A program made the position numbers and the translations under genes. Below are positions 7,717-18,034 of a stretch of 47,033 nucleotides of DNA, one piece after another. The first letter of the stretch is position 1. Each line of letters opens with the position of its first letter. This DNA is from an uncultured Eubacteriales bacterium (GTDB lineage Bacteria; Bacillota; Clostridia; Oscillospirales; CAG-272), in the NCBI GenBank assembly GCA_900555785.1, contig USMO01000001.1, positions 1-47,033 on the forward strand, written 5' to 3'. Under the pieces are notes generated by a model. It had not been told where the DNA came from. It saw only the letters and a list, made by a program, of their open reading frames with translations, and made no database searches.

Positions 7717-8907
7717 TCAGTACGTTTGTAATTCCCTGCAAATCACACATTTATCCAATCTTTCAAAAAGCGAATCGAATCTCTTGTCTGCTCTCATGCT
7801 ATCAAACCAGGCATGCCGAAAGGCTTTTTGATAATCGAGCGGCATGATCCAATCCCACCACTCATGACACTGCGTGCTGATTTCCTTGTATTCTTTCCCT
7901 TCTCTCTCATTCCAATTGATTTTGCATTCCAAAGCAAATCCTTTCAACGCGGGAGACAAACAGCCTAGTTTGAATGCATCCTCGGTGACAGACATGATCT
8001 GTTCAATCACGCGCAAGGTGTCTTCAAATGCATCATAAGCTTCATCCATCTTTTCAAGTTTGGCAAAAGAAGCTGTATATCGTATGCCAAGATCTATCCT
8101 TTCCGGACACCACAGATCCACGCCTGTTCCGCCGCTGATCAAATGCTTCCTGTCGGGAAACAGATTGTTTACGGCATTGAGATAATGGAGCTGTGTTTCA
8201 CAAAACCAAATAAAATGATTTGGGTCGTCGCACAAATAGACTTGCCAATCATTCGCCGCACTTATGATACGCGAAAGCTCCATCCATAGAATGTACTGCC
8301 GCACAGGCTCAATTTTGTCAAGTTCCTCACGCATTTTATATCGGGTGAACAGTAATTCAGAACGCGACATGTCCTCACGGCTGGCATAAGCGTCCAAAAA
8401 AGCATCGATGTGTTCATCATCTTCCATGTTTGCCATACACTCAATCACATCATATTGCTCGTTTTTGGGGCACACTCTGCATATTTCCTCTAACAAAAGC
8501 CGCATTTCTTCAAGAACATTTTGGTCTTGAAACAAGCGTGCTTTACAAATTTCGGTGTACATTCCCCAAAAACAATATTGTTGATAATCCTTGAGATTAC
8601 GTCGTATTTCCCGCATGATCTCAACGGTTTTCCGAACATCTTTTGCACGAACAGCAGCTTCAAACGATTCTTGAAGTTCCGAGCAGCGTTTCTTCTTCTC
8701 TTCTTCTGAGACCCCAAGCAACGAATCTACCGACGTTTCAAAAAATGATGCGATCATGGGCAGCATCTCAATATCGGGATAAGTAGCACCTATTTCCCAT
8801 CGAGAAATAGCCTGTGGAGACGTTCCGAACTTTTCAGCCAATTGTTCTTGAGTAAGATTCATTCGTTGTCGGTTTAAACGTATTTTATTCCCCAAATTCA
8901 ATTTCAT
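7717..8907 (-). CDS. XRE-family HTH regulator with a long helical (TPR-like) C-terminal domain, 396 aa
   Basis: The N-terminus LTQEQLAEKFGTSPQAISRWEIGATYPDIEML is an XRE helix-turn-helix. RBS GGAGAT. GC content is lower than in the flanking sugar genes. Confidence 0.8.
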   Translation of the reverse strand: MKLNLGNKIRLNRQRMNLTQEQLAEKFGTSPQAISRWEIGATYPDIEMLPMIASFFETSVDSLLGVSEEEKKKRCSELQESFEAAVRAKDVRKTVEIMREIRRNLKDYQQYCFWGMYTEICKARLFQDQNVLEEMRLLLEEICRVCPKNEQYDVIECMANMEDDEHIDAFLDAYASREDMSRSELLFTRYKMREELDKIEPVRQYILWMELSRIISAANDWQVYLCDDPNHFIWFCETQLHYLNAVNNLFPDRKHLISGGTGVDLWCPERIDLGIRYTASFAKLEKMDEAYDAFEDTLRVIEQIMSVTEDAFKLGCLSPALKGFALECKINWNEREGKEYKEISTQCHEWWDWIMPLDYQKAFRHAWFDSMRADKRFDSLFERLDKCVICRELQTY

Positions 8908-9120
8908 ACCATATCTCCATTCTGTCCGTATTTGCGCAAATCCAATGTTTTACCGGCAATAATAGTATACCATATGTTATAAGCAGAATCAAGCGCACAG
9001 TTTGTGAGATTTTTTCTCAATATGTGAGAGAAGTAAGTTTGGCCTTGGCAAATTTCCATGACGATAGAAAAACGGCTTGTGCCATAGTTACAGCACAATC
9101 CGCTTTCTTTTTTTGGAAGG

Positions 9121-9178
9121 CTTTTTCTTTGCCTATTGCAACGCAATTTTTAAGGGCTGACCGAGATAGTCAGCCCTC
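9121..9178. repeat. repeat copy R5 (core B + module C + hairpin D)
   Basis: 54 of 58 nt are identical to 17612..17669 by hand alignment. The hairpin is GGGCTGAC (9154..9161) / GTCAGCCC (9169..9176). Confidence 0.8.
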
Positions 9179-9286
9179 GTTTTTTGCGTTTGCCTTGATT
9201 TCCGCAATCTCCTTTTTCATCTCCGCAATCAGCACCTTGAGCTTTTCCTCGCGCTCCTCCCGTGTGGTGGCGTACAATGCTGCTTT
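9170..9286 (-). pseudogene. integrase N-terminal (arm-type DNA-binding) domain fragment, 5'-truncated
   Basis: Translates as KAALYATTREEREEKLKVLIAEMKKEIAEIKANAKNEG*. It aligns with the C-terminal 34 aa of the ORF at 17678..18034. It has no start codon, and an in-frame stop lies at 9287..9289. Confidence 0.6.
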
Positions 9287-9290
9287 TTAA

Positions 9291-9421
9291 GTTTATCTTG
9301 CCGTAGCCGCTGTCGATAAGCAACGCCCGTTCGTTTCCGATAAGCAATACATTTTGACAAGACCGAATGCGCCCCATTCCGAAATCCGATAGGTATTTTC
9401 CGCTAACTTTTTCACTGCCAT
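9291..9421 (-). pseudogene. MBL-fold hydrolase-like N-terminal fragment, frameshifted and 3'-truncated
   Basis: An ATG lies 1 nt after the rhamnosidase stop. It reads MAVKKLAENTYRISEWGAFGLVKMY, then one frame over LLIGNERALLIDSGYGKINLK. That resembles the beta-lactamase-fold N-terminal strand pattern. The reading frame ends at the junction with the integrase fragment. Confidence 0.4.
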
Positions 9422-9422
9422 T

Positions 9423-11981
9423 TCAGTCTACCGTAAATTCATATTCGCCTGCCGTGAGCGTTTTTTCGCCGCTCGGCAGGATAACCTTTGCCGTCGTGTT
9501 GGCGGGAATGACGATTTTATATGTCGTTTCACCGTTTCTTCTTTCCCAGTCGCTTTTGACTTTGCCGTAAACACTTTGGTATTCACACTTTGCAAACGTA
9601 AAGTGTCCGCCTGCTTTCGGGGCTATCGTAAATTCATTTTCGCCCGACACTTGAATTCCGCACATTTCGGAAACGACCCATTCCAGAACAGCACCTTTTG
9701 AATAATGGTCGAGCGAAGCGATGCCGCCTTGCGCCTGCGTTCCTTCCCAGCTTTCCCAAATCGTATTGGCGTTCATCTTCGGCATGAAGAGCCAGCCGGG
9801 CATCTGCTCGTTTTCGAGAAGTCTGTACGCATATTCCACGTCGATGTTTTCGAGAACATAAAGAATAAACGGTGTGGACAAAAAACCGGTGCCGAGCCGC
9901 CAATCATAGTGTTCAAGCGCGGTAACCAGGCGCTTTTTTGCAAATGCGGTTTGTTTTTCGTCCAAAAGCCCCATGTAAAGCGGTTGGACGAGTTTTGCCT
10001 GCCTGTCGGTATCGAGCGAAAACTTCGGACATTCTATCAGTTTGCCGTAGCCGATTTTCGCCTTTTCGGCGTATTCCGAAAAGCGCTTTTGATCGTCCTG
10101 CTTGCCCAACACGCCGGCGATTTCTGCCATTGTCTGCAGCATATATACGATATACGCGGTCGTTTCTTCGGGATGCGGGCAGGCAAAATCCTTGAAATCC
10201 GTGATATGCACTTCGGTCGGCTCTGCCCATTCGCCATAGGACTGACCGTAATTGGAAATGTATTTCTTGTATTTGCGGTCGATTCCCGTTCGGACTGCCG
10301 TCGGATACCATTTGCCGAGCGTTTTGATCTTGAAATCGGCATACTTTTTCATTGCGGCGTAGCTGTTTTCCAGTATTTTTTTGTCGCCGTAACGTTTGTA
10401 AATGCGATACGGAATCAGAACGCCCGCATCAGACCAACCTGCCGAGCCGTCCATAAAGTCCATATAAAAGTCGACTCCGCCCTTGGGGGTGATCTGACGG
10501 AATTTTCCGTTTTTGCGCTGTCCGTCAAGCATATCATGAACATACTTTCTCGCAAACGGAGCGAAATTGAAAAGGTATGACGCGGTATTGCAGAAAATCT
10601 GCGCGTCGCCCGTCCAGCCGTGACGTTCTCTCGTCGGGCAGTCGGTGGGCACGTCGGCGTGATTGTTTTTTGCCGACCAGCGCGTCGCTTCCACAAGCTT
10701 GTTGAGCAGCTCGTTGCTGCTGTCGAATGAAAGCGTTTCTTCCATATCGGAGCAGACCGAGACAGCCGTAAAATCTTCCTTTTTCCATTCAACGTCGGTT
10801 TCTATCAAAGCATACTGAAAACCGAAAATCGCAAATTTCGTCTTGTATTCGTTCAGCCCGTCCTTACAGTAGTACTCGATTTGCTGCCGCGGCGAAACCC
10901 TTGTGCGTTTTTTGTTGGCGCACTGAAAATTCTTTTGCGTAAATTTGCCGTTTTCGTCGAACATTTCACCGAAACGGAGCTTGATTTTCTGTCCTTTTTT
11001 CGCGTTTACGGCAAACGAAAGATAACCCGCGATATTCTGCCCGAAATCGAGGACTTTTGCGCCGCCCGGCGTGGTAATCACCTTTTGAACGGAAAATCTT
11101 TCGTGTTCGGTAACTGGAACATTATTGGAAGAAACGGGCGTAACGTCGCATTTGGCTTCCTTTGCAAAGCCGCTGTAGGAAGGCTCGCGCCACGCTTCTA
11201 CTATCTCGCCGTCCTTGTTGTCGGCAAAGCGGATTTCGCCGTCGTTCGACCATGCCCATGTCTGATCTGTGCCGATGACCGCTTTGTTTCCGCTCATATC
11301 CGTGATTTCAAGCTGAGCATATAATTTCGTCTGTGTTCCGTATTGGTTGCGGAGTCCCCATGCGCCGCAGCTTCCGCGATACCAACCATCGGCAAGCTCT
11401 GCCGTAATGACATTTTCGCCGTTTTTGAGCAGTTCGGTAACGTCATAAGTCTGCAACTGAATGCGCTTTGTGTAATCGGTGTGCCCCGGTGCGAGCACGA
11501 AATTGCCGACGCGTTTGCCGTTGATTTTTGCTTCATACAGCCCGCAAGCGGTGATATACAGCCTTGCTTTCGCAACGTTGCGTGCGGCAAAATCTTTTTT
11601 GAAGCAGTCGACAGGATAACGCTTTTTCTTGTTTACGCGGTAGTTGCCGCTGATCCATTTTGCCCTGAAATCGCTTGTCGAAAGGAGCCCCATTTCAAAA
11701 AACGCCGTTTCAGAAGGTTCGCCCTCGCGGTCGGTTTCATCCCAAAGTGTAACGCTCCATTCCACACGCTGACGGCTCGCAAGATGGTTCGGGTAATCCG
11801 CGTGCATACGATCCGAGGAAACCTTTCCGCTGTCCCAGACAATCTGTTTGTCAGTTTTTGCAACAATACGGTACGCGGTCTGCTTGGTGCCGCCCTCGCA
11901 GTTCCAGAAAAGGCGGGGATGCCGGATGTCAATGCCGATCGGATTGACAAGGTATTCGGTTCTGAGGCTTATCGCTTTCAT
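9423..11981 (-). CDS. alpha-L-rhamnosidase, glycoside hydrolase family 78 (852 aa)
   Basis: The N-terminus MKAISLRTEYLVNPIGIDIRHPRLFW and the motif DCPTRERHGWTGDAQIF are typical GH78 signatures. The RBS GGGAG lies inside the end of the upstream gene. Confidence 0.9.
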   Translation of the reverse strand: MKAISLRTEYLVNPIGIDIRHPRLFWNCEGGTKQTAYRIVAKTDKQIVWDSGKVSSDRMHADYPNHLASRQRVEWSVTLWDETDREGEPSETAFFEMGLLSTSDFRAKWISGNYRVNKKKRYPVDCFKKDFAARNVAKARLYITACGLYEAKINGKRVGNFVLAPGHTDYTKRIQLQTYDVTELLKNGENVITAELADGWYRGSCGAWGLRNQYGTQTKLYAQLEITDMSGNKAVIGTDQTWAWSNDGEIRFADNKDGEIVEAWREPSYSGFAKEAKCDVTPVSSNNVPVTEHERFSVQKVITTPGGAKVLDFGQNIAGYLSFAVNAKKGQKIKLRFGEMFDENGKFTQKNFQCANKKRTRVSPRQQIEYYCKDGLNEYKTKFAIFGFQYALIETDVEWKKEDFTAVSVCSDMEETLSFDSSNELLNKLVEATRWSAKNNHADVPTDCPTRERHGWTGDAQIFCNTASYLFNFAPFARKYVHDMLDGQRKNGKFRQITPKGGVDFYMDFMDGSAGWSDAGVLIPYRIYKRYGDKKILENSYAAMKKYADFKIKTLGKWYPTAVRTGIDRKYKKYISNYGQSYGEWAEPTEVHITDFKDFACPHPEETTAYIVYMLQTMAEIAGVLGKQDDQKRFSEYAEKAKIGYGKLIECPKFSLDTDRQAKLVQPLYMGLLDEKQTAFAKKRLVTALEHYDWRLGTGFLSTPFILYVLENIDVEYAYRLLENEQMPGWLFMPKMNANTIWESWEGTQAQGGIASLDHYSKGAVLEWVVSEMCGIQVSGENEFTIAPKAGGHFTFAKCEYQSVYGKVKSDWERRNGETTYKIVIPANTTAKVILPSGEKTLTAGEYEFTVD

Positions 11982-11984
11982 TTC

Positions 11985-13847
11985 TCACACTCCCTTTGCT
12001 TCCAGTTCCGCTTTGACTTTCGCTCTGTACGCTTCACCTGCGGCAAGCTCGCGCTGCCATGCGGCTTCCTCCGCTTCGGCACGTCTTGCTTCCTTTTGCT
12101 CCTTCTTCAACCGATCCTCCGGAGAGAGCGCAGCAAGCCTTTCCTCTTTGCGAGCCTTGGCTTTTTCGGCTTTTGCCTTCTCTTTTTCTTCGGCAAGACG
12201 CTTCTTTTCTGCTGTCTTTGCTGCTTTTTCCGCTGCCGCCTTTTGATAGTCTGCAAGTTCCTTTTCAAAATCCAGCCCTTTCGCTGCGCATTTTTCCTTC
12301 AATGCCGCTTCAAAGGCAAGCTCGTTTTCCCGCAGATAGGTTGCTTCCGCCTCTGCCGCGCGGACTTCCGGCGCAACCCATTCTTCGCCGCGTGCCGCCG
12401 CTTCCGCCCTCTGGTATTCGCGGATTTTTGCCTGCTTGCGCGAGAGTGTTTTTTCAACCGTCAGGAAAATCAACAAAACGGCAAGGACGATGCCGGTGAT
12501 CGTTTCCAGTCCGACAAACGAGAAGGTGATCATATTTTTGACTGCCTGCGACTGCTCTGCAGCAACCGTCACACCGTCCACCAGCTTCGGCGCAATATAT
12601 CCGGCTTTGGAGATCAGCGCATTGAACAGACTGGTCGATACGCCGATCGTCGCCACGGCAAGAATGTTGTAAATGGACATTGCCACGCCGTCTGAGCGCA
12701 CGCCGCTTTTCCATTCGAGATGGTCAAGCCCATCGGCAAAGAGTGCCATGAACACATAAGCGCAGGGCAGCCCGCCGATGTTTTTGATGAACTGTCCGGC
12801 AAGAACAACCGCCATGTTCGTTGGCGCAGCCCAGCAGATGGCACTGCCGAGCGCATAGAGGATAAATCCCGCAAGCGTCACATTCCGCTTGCCGAATTTC
12901 TTTGCCAGCGGCCAGACGGCAAAAATGCCGATGCCCATGGGAATGCCGCCGATGACCGAGATCATCGTCTGCGTCACGCCGTCGTTATATGTGCCGAGGA
13001 CATAATTGCAATAATAGACAAGCCCGATGTTTTTCAGCGACGTGCCGAGGGTATAGATGAAGAAATAGACAAACATGAGAATCATGTATTTGTCGGTCAG
13101 CACGATTTTCAGCTGCGTTAGAAAAGGCAGCTTTTTTTCTTCCGTGCCGGACTGCTCCTCCGTCACGCGCTCCTTTGTAAAGTAATATTCAAGGAGCGTC
13201 AGCGGCAGGGAAAGGATGGAAAGAACGCTCATCACGAGAATCCATTTGGTCTGATCCACGCCGAGCATCGGCATAACCACCATCGGGAAAATCAGTGCCA
13301 CGATGATGCCGCTCATCATAATGGTGGAAATCTGATTGAAAACCGAAAGTCCGCCGCGCTGAATCGTGTTGCGTGTGGAGAGCGGACACATCAGGTTGTG
13401 CGACATATTGTAAATCGTGTATGCCAAAGAATAAAACAGGTTGTAGGACAGCATGACCCAGATGACCTGAACCGTTTCGCCCGCGTTCGGGACGGTGAAA
13501 AGCAGAATTCCCGTCAGCGCAACGAGCGGAGCGGACAGCAGAAGCCACGGACGCGCCTTGCCCTGTTTGGTCTTGGTGCGGTCGATGATATACCCCATCA
13601 GCACATTGGTGACTGCATCGATGATTTTCGACATCAGCGGGAAGACAACGAGAAACGCGCCGCCCCAAACGGTGGTCAGCTTCAGAACATCGGTATAATA
13701 GACGTTCAGATAGGTTGCAAGCACGGCGTTCAGCAGAAGCGCGCCGCAGGGACCGAGCAGGTAGCCGAGCCATTTTTCTTTACCCGTGACATTCTGCGAA
13801 TGGATCCGGCTGTCAAACAGTTTTGCAGATAACATCCCGTTTTTCAT
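11985..13847 (-). CDS. GPH-family (MelB/XynP-like) glycoside:cation symporter with a about 152-aa Lys/Glu/Ala-rich C-terminal tail (620 aa)
   Basis: Multi-TM protein beginning [31 protein letters not shown]. The ATG at 13847 overlaps the GH3 stop (ATGA). The ORF-track extension to 13949 lies inside the GH3 gene and was rejected. Confidence 0.85.
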   Translation of the reverse strand: MKNGMLSAKLFDSRIHSQNVTGKEKWLGYLLGPCGALLLNAVLATYLNVYYTDVLKLTTVWGGAFLVVFPLMSKIIDAVTNVLMGYIIDRTKTKQGKARPWLLLSAPLVALTGILLFTVPNAGETVQVIWVMLSYNLFYSLAYTIYNMSHNLMCPLSTRNTIQRGGLSVFNQISTIMMSGIIVALIFPMVVMPMLGVDQTKWILVMSVLSILSLPLTLLEYYFTKERVTEEQSGTEEKKLPFLTQLKIVLTDKYMILMFVYFFIYTLGTSLKNIGLVYYCNYVLGTYNDGVTQTMISVIGGIPMGIGIFAVWPLAKKFGKRNVTLAGFILYALGSAICWAAPTNMAVVLAGQFIKNIGGLPCAYVFMALFADGLDHLEWKSGVRSDGVAMSIYNILAVATIGVSTSLFNALISKAGYIAPKLVDGVTVAAEQSQAVKNMITFSFVGLETITGIVLAVLLIFLTVEKTLSRKQAKIREYQRAEAAARGEEWVAPEVRAAEAEATYLRENELAFEAALKEKCAAKGLDFEKELADYQKAAAEKAAKTAEKKRLAEEKEKAKAEKAKARKEERLAALSPEDRLKKEQKEARRAEAEEAAWQRELAAGEAYRAKVKAELEAKGV

Positions 13848-16267
13848 GATTCGTCCGCTCCTTTGATTTTGTAGGATTGACACATCGCGGCGATACCGCG
13901 GATGAGATGCCCGTTTCCGAGCTGTACAAAGCCTTCCGCAATGTTCCACGGCATAGATTTTCCTGCCGAAAGGGAAAGCGTGCGCACACAGTTGGTATCA
14001 AAAATCCGTTGCAGGAAGATGGCGCCCTTGATCCGGTTGTCCCGTTCCGGTCCCGCAGGCAGCTTCTTTGCTTTTTTCAGTTGTCTCTTTGCGACCCCGC
14101 ACACGGCGTTATAAAGAATTCTGCCCATAAACGTTTTCCGGAAATCGCAGAAGCGGCTTTCCATGGTCAGGGGCAATACGGGCGGCTCATCGGGGAGCGG
14201 CGTGCCGAGCAAATCGGCAAACGCCGCATTGTCGACGGGCTTTGCACCTTTCATTTTTTCGTTGACGCTGTCCGGATAAGGCGACGTTGCCGTCACACCC
14301 TCCGCTACCGTCAGCGGTGCGGTCAGACGGATATCCTCGCTCGACGCGCCGACTTCAATCGTATATTCTCCGTTTTCAAGTGTCCATGAATTGGTTTTGA
14401 TATTCCAAAAAGACAGTTCTGACAAAGCACACGAGAGGGTGACAACCGTTTCTTCTCCCGCTTTCAGATAGACTTTCCGGAATGCACGCAGTTCGCTTTC
14501 CGGCTTGAAAACGGCAGAATTTTCATTGTTTTTCACATAAAGCTGGACAACCTCCGCGCCGTCACGGTTGCCCGTGTTGCGAACGGTCAAAGTTGCCGTT
14601 ACAATCCCGTTTTCGCTTGTCACGGCAAGGTTTTGGTATTCAAAATCTGTGTAGGACAGTCCGAATCCAAACGGGAATGCAGGACTGACCTTCGCTGTTT
14701 TCGCATAGCGGTAACCGACAAAGACGCTCTCCTTGTAAAACTCATTTGCTTTTTTGCTGTATTCTTCGCCGTAAAGAACATCGGCATAGTGTTTGTACCA
14801 GGTCTCCGCCAGCTTTCCGGAGGGATTGGCTTCGCCGAAAAGCAGTCTCGCCCCCGCTTCTCCGCCGCACTGCCCCGGCAGATAAAGGTTCAAAATGGTG
14901 TTAACACCGTCTGCAAACGGAAGCTCTACAGGCGATCCACCCGAAAGCACGACGACAATCTTTTTGCCCGTTTTTATCAGAGCATTGACCAGTTTCAGCT
15001 GATCGTCCGGAAGGCGCATATGCGCTCTGTCCCCTCCCTCGCTCTCCGCAAGGTCTGTAAGCCCGAGATAGAGAAGAACGGTATCATATTTTTCCGCGAG
15101 GGCAACCGCTTCCGCAATCGGTTCGCCTTCCGCAGGGTCAACACCCGCGCTGTAACCGCGCGCATACCCGTATTTTATCCCGCGCGCATCGAAAGCGTCC
15201 TTGTGCGAAACAACCTTTGTCGGCGAAATCATCGAACTGCCGGAGCCCTGATAGCGCATTTTTTCAAACAGTTCACCGATGACACAAAGCGGCTTTGTGC
15301 CGTCCAGCGGCAGCGTGCCGTCGTTTTTCATCAGCACCGCGCTGTCCGCCGCAACGCGAGCGGCAAGCTCCGCGTGACCGTCACGGTCAAACGATTCCGT
15401 TTTTGATGCGGTTGCGAACTTCTCGGTCGCCGCAAGGATGCGGGTTACGCAGGCGTTGGCTTCGTCCCCGGAAAGGCTGCCGTCCGAAAGCGCGTCATAG
15501 ACCTTTTTCAGGCTGACCGCCGTATCGCCCGGCATTTCGAGGTCCTCTCCGGCGCGGATTCCGGCAATACGGTCATGCGTGCCGCCCCAGTCGCTCATCA
15601 CGATGCCGTCAAAGCCCCACTCATCGCGGAGAACATCGGTCAGAAGCCATTTGTTTTCGGAAGCAAAGGTGCCGTTGATGCGGTTGTAGGATGACATGAC
15701 CGCGCCGGGCTTTCCTTCCTTTACGGCCGTTTCAAACGGTTTCAGATAAATCTCCCGGATTGCCCGTTCGTCTGCAACGGAGTTGCCGACAAAGCGGAAG
15801 TTTTCCTGATTGTTGAGCGCAAAGTGCTTCAGGCAGGCACTCACGCCCATGGACTGCACGCCGCGCACGAACGCCGCGCCGAACTTTCCCGCAAGGAGCG
15901 AGTCTTCGCTGTAATATTCAAAATTTCTGCCGCAAAGCGGATTGCGCTTGATGTTGACACCCGGTCCGAGAAGCATATGCACCCCGTAATACCGACATTC
16001 CTCACCGATTGCCCGCCCGATTTTTTCGGCATTTTCGGGATTCCAGGAGGACGCCACGCACGCCGCCGTCGGAAATGCGGTTGCAGGTTCGCTTTTGGAA
16101 ACTCCGTTGTCTCCGCCGCCGATCTGCTTGCGCAGTCCGTGCGGTCCGTCCGCCATTGCGAGTCTCGGAATGCTCTGTCGCGGTACTCCGCTGGTGTACA
16201 TAAAATCCGTTCCCTGCAAAAGGGCTGCTCTTTCTCTGTCTGTCAGTCCGGAAGCCTGATTTTTCAT
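13844..16267 (-). CDS. glycoside hydrolase family 3 beta-glucosidase-like enzyme (807 aa)
   Basis: [13 protein letters not shown] near the N-terminus and the nucleophile region GIVMSDWGG are GH3 hallmarks. Confidence 0.9.
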   Translation of the reverse strand: MKNQASGLTDRERAALLQGTDFMYTSGVPRQSIPRLAMADGPHGLRKQIGGGDNGVSKSEPATAFPTAACVASSWNPENAEKIGRAIGEECRYYGVHMLLGPGVNIKRNPLCGRNFEYYSEDSLLAGKFGAAFVRGVQSMGVSACLKHFALNNQENFRFVGNSVADERAIREIYLKPFETAVKEGKPGAVMSSYNRINGTFASENKWLLTDVLRDEWGFDGIVMSDWGGTHDRIAGIRAGEDLEMPGDTAVSLKKVYDALSDGSLSGDEANACVTRILAATEKFATASKTESFDRDGHAELAARVAADSAVLMKNDGTLPLDGTKPLCVIGELFEKMRYQGSGSSMISPTKVVSHKDAFDARGIKYGYARGYSAGVDPAEGEPIAEAVALAEKYDTVLLYLGLTDLAESEGGDRAHMRLPDDQLKLVNALIKTGKKIVVVLSGGSPVELPFADGVNTILNLYLPGQCGGEAGARLLFGEANPSGKLAETWYKHYADVLYGEEYSKKANEFYKESVFVGYRYAKTAKVSPAFPFGFGLSYTDFEYQNLAVTSENGIVTATLTVRNTGNRDGAEVVQLYVKNNENSAVFKPESELRAFRKVYLKAGEETVVTLSCALSELSFWNIKTNSWTLENGEYTIEVGASSEDIRLTAPLTVAEGVTATSPYPDSVNEKMKGAKPVDNAAFADLLGTPLPDEPPVLPLTMESRFCDFRKTFMGRILYNAVCGVAKRQLKKAKKLPAGPERDNRIKGAIFLQRIFDTNCVRTLSLSAGKSMPWNIAEGFVQLGNGHLIRGIAAMCQSYKIKGADES

Positions 16268-16326
16268 AGGTAGACCCCTCCCGATTTTATTCTGCTTCCA
16301 TTATATCACCCGGCGACATTTTTGTA

Positions 16327-16355
16327 TTGCATTATTGTATTGATTGTGGTATAAT
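16327..16355 (+). promoter_or_regulatory. promoter of the AraC gene (TTGCAT-N17-TGgTATAAT), embedded in TTGTATTG repeats
   Basis: Extended -10 TGGTATAAT at 16347..16355 and -35 TTGCAT at 16327..16332. The ATG at 16379 follows GAGGTG. Confidence 0.55.
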
Positions 16356-16378
16356 TGTATTGAATCGAGGTGACGGAG

Positions 16379-17557
16379 ATGAAAAACATCGATCTGGAGT
16401 ATCTGTGTTCTGTGATTGCGGGGCTTTCGGGCATTCCCGTGCGGATTTTTGACGGGGACACTCCTGTTTATTATTCCTTTGTCGGCAGGCTTCCGCGAGA
16501 CCCGATGGTGATCTGCAAAAACGAAATTTTTGCGATCGAGAAGAATATCGGTTACTATATGACCGCGCAGTTTCAGTATTATGGCGTTGTCAGGCGCGGG
16601 AAAACGAGGATCGTAATGGGACCGACAAGACAGGTGACGGTCAGTGATGCGGAGCTGCGCTCGCTTGCGTTTCTTGCCGATGTCCCGACCGATGACACCG
16701 ACGATTTTGTCGCCGGAATGAAAAGCATTGTCCCCATGCCGCTGGAAAGCGTGATGCAGACGCTTTGCGCCGTCAATTACATTCTCAACGGGGAGAAGGT
16801 ATCGCTTGCCGACCTGACGATTTATGACGAATTGCAAACAGACTTTTCCTCTCAGATGGCAGCTGAAAAAACGGATGCTCCGGCAGATCTGCATAACACG
16901 CTGTCGCTTGAACAAACGCTGATGAGCATGATCCGCAAGGGCGATACCGCGGCGCTTTCGGAATGGGCAAAAAATGCGCCTGCGATCAGGGGAGGAGTCA
17001 TCGCCTTTGACCAGCTGCGCCAGATGAAGAATCTGTTTATCGTTTCCGTTACGCTTGCCTCGCGTGCCGCGATCAGAGGAGGAATGGATGCGGATGACGC
17101 GCTGATGCTCTCCGACAGATACATTCAACGTTGCGAGCTGATGAACACCGCGGAGGAGATCACAAATCTGCAATTCCACATGATTTCGGATTATACCGCG
17201 CGTGTGGAGCGCCTGCACATCGGAAACGACCCGTCGCAGCTTGTCAGCGCTGTATCAAACTACATTCAGCACCACCTCTCCGAGCCGATCACAACAGAGC
17301 AGATTGCCGCTTCGCTTTATATCAGCCGCACACATCTGTCCGCCCGTTTTCATAAGGAAACGGGGATAACCCTTTCGGACTATATTCTGAAAGAAAAAAC
17401 GGAGGAGGCAAAACGCCTGCTCCGTTATACCGACAAATCTCTTGCGGCGATTTCCGCCTATCTCGGCTTCTCATCGCAGAGTCATTTTTCAAGAACCTTC
17501 CGCAAATATGCCGGCATCACCCCCGGCGAATACCGCGCAAAGCACGCGGGGCATTGA
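16379..17557 (+). CDS. AraC-family transcriptional regulator (about 392 aa)
   Basis: The C-terminus has IAASLYISRTHLSARFHKETGITLSDYILKEKTEEAKRLL...LGFSSQSHFSRTFRKYAGITPGEYR, a dual HTH_18 signature. It is divergent from the GH3 operon. Confidence 0.9.
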   Translation: MKNIDLEYLCSVIAGLSGIPVRIFDGDTPVYYSFVGRLPRDPMVICKNEIFAIEKNIGYYMTAQFQYYGVVRRGKTRIVMGPTRQVTVSDAELRSLAFLADVPTDDTDDFVAGMKSIVPMPLESVMQTLCAVNYILNGEKVSLADLTIYDELQTDFSSQMAAEKTDAPADLHNTLSLEQTLMSMIRKGDTAALSEWAKNAPAIRGGVIAFDQLRQMKNLFIVSVTLASRAAIRGGMDADDALMLSDRYIQRCELMNTAEEITNLQFHMISDYTARVERLHIGNDPSQLVSAVSNYIQHHLSEPITTEQIAASLYISRTHLSARFHKETGITLSDYILKEKTEEAKRLLRYTDKSLAAISAYLGFSSQSHFSRTFRKYAGITPGEYRAKHAGH

Positions 17558-17669
17558 GAGATTCCTGCTTGACCCTACGGCTGTTTCGTGATGTGCCGAC
17601 GGGAATCCGACCCCGTTTTCTTTGCCTACTGCAATGCAATTTTTAAGGGTTGACCGAGATAGTCAGCCC
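17551..17669. repeat. repeat copy R6, the longest (modules A+B+C+hairpin D); overlaps the last codons of the AraC gene
   Basis: The A part aligns with 6591..6653. The B-C-D part aligns with 9121..9178. The hairpin ACGGG-AATCCGAC-CCCGT has a compensated counterpart in R3, ACGGA...TCCGT. Confidence 0.8.
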
Positions 17670-17677
17670 TCTCTTTC

Positions 17678-18034
17678 TTATGCGTTCTTCACTTGCTTTT
17701 TCATGACTGCGATTTCCGCTTTCATCGCTTTTATCAGCTCTGCCAGTTTTTCCTCGCATTCCTCTCGTGTCTTAGCGTACACGTTCTTGGATATTCGCTT
17801 GCCGTTAACTCTCGGCGTGAACCGCCCTTCATACAGGTGGTCGTTTATCATCGTCACGCAACCCGTGCCGGGTTTGCGTATCTTGCCGCCGATAGGCTTA
17901 TACGGCTCAAATTTCGGCTCTGTCGGCTGATCGGTTGCTTCACTGTCACTTGTCTTGTCCGTTGCGGTCGGCTCGGGAATGGGCGTGTCTGCCCCCGCAA
18001 TCTCGCGGTCAATTCTCGCCGCCGCCTGCTGCAT
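17678..18034 (-). CDS. integrase N-terminal arm-type DNA-binding domain only (118 aa); no catalytic domain
   Basis: ...GTGCVTMINDHLYEGRFTPRVNGKRISKNVYAKTREECEEKLAELIKAMKAEI matches the AP2-like Arm-DNA-binding N-domain of Tn916/phage-type tyrosine integrases. The ORF stops immediately before hairpin D. The in-frame upstream sequence (to 18142) is coding-like but lacks a start codon. Confidence 0.6.
   Translation of the reverse strand: MQQAAARIDREIAGADTPIPEPTATDKTSDSEATDQPTEPKFEPYKPIGGKIRKPGTGCVTMINDHLYEGRFTPRVNGKRISKNVYAKTREECEEKLAELIKAMKAEIAVMKKQVKNA

Noticed and set aside
7717-9120. RNPP/Rgg-type quorum-sensing pair: the XRE-TPR regulator plus an adjacent small signalling-peptide gene.
   Set aside because: I found no small ORF with an RBS on either flank. 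The only candidate is MTIEKRLVP at about 9059, which has no RBS. The receptor idea remains possible but unsupported.
13848-13949. The longer 654-aa version of the transporter ORF, starting at 13949.
   Set aside because: The extra 34 codons lie inside the GH3 coding region and encode a non-membrane Arg-rich peptide. The ATG at 13847 overlaps the GH3 stop (ATGA) and has GGAG upstream.
3406-17669. Whether the repeated TTTCTTTGCCTACTGC(AAYGCAATTTTTAAGG) units form a CRISPR array.
   Set aside because: Spacing between copies ranges from about 250 nt to about 8 kb and encloses whole genes. Copies share different flanks, and no cas genes are present. This is not CRISPR architecture.
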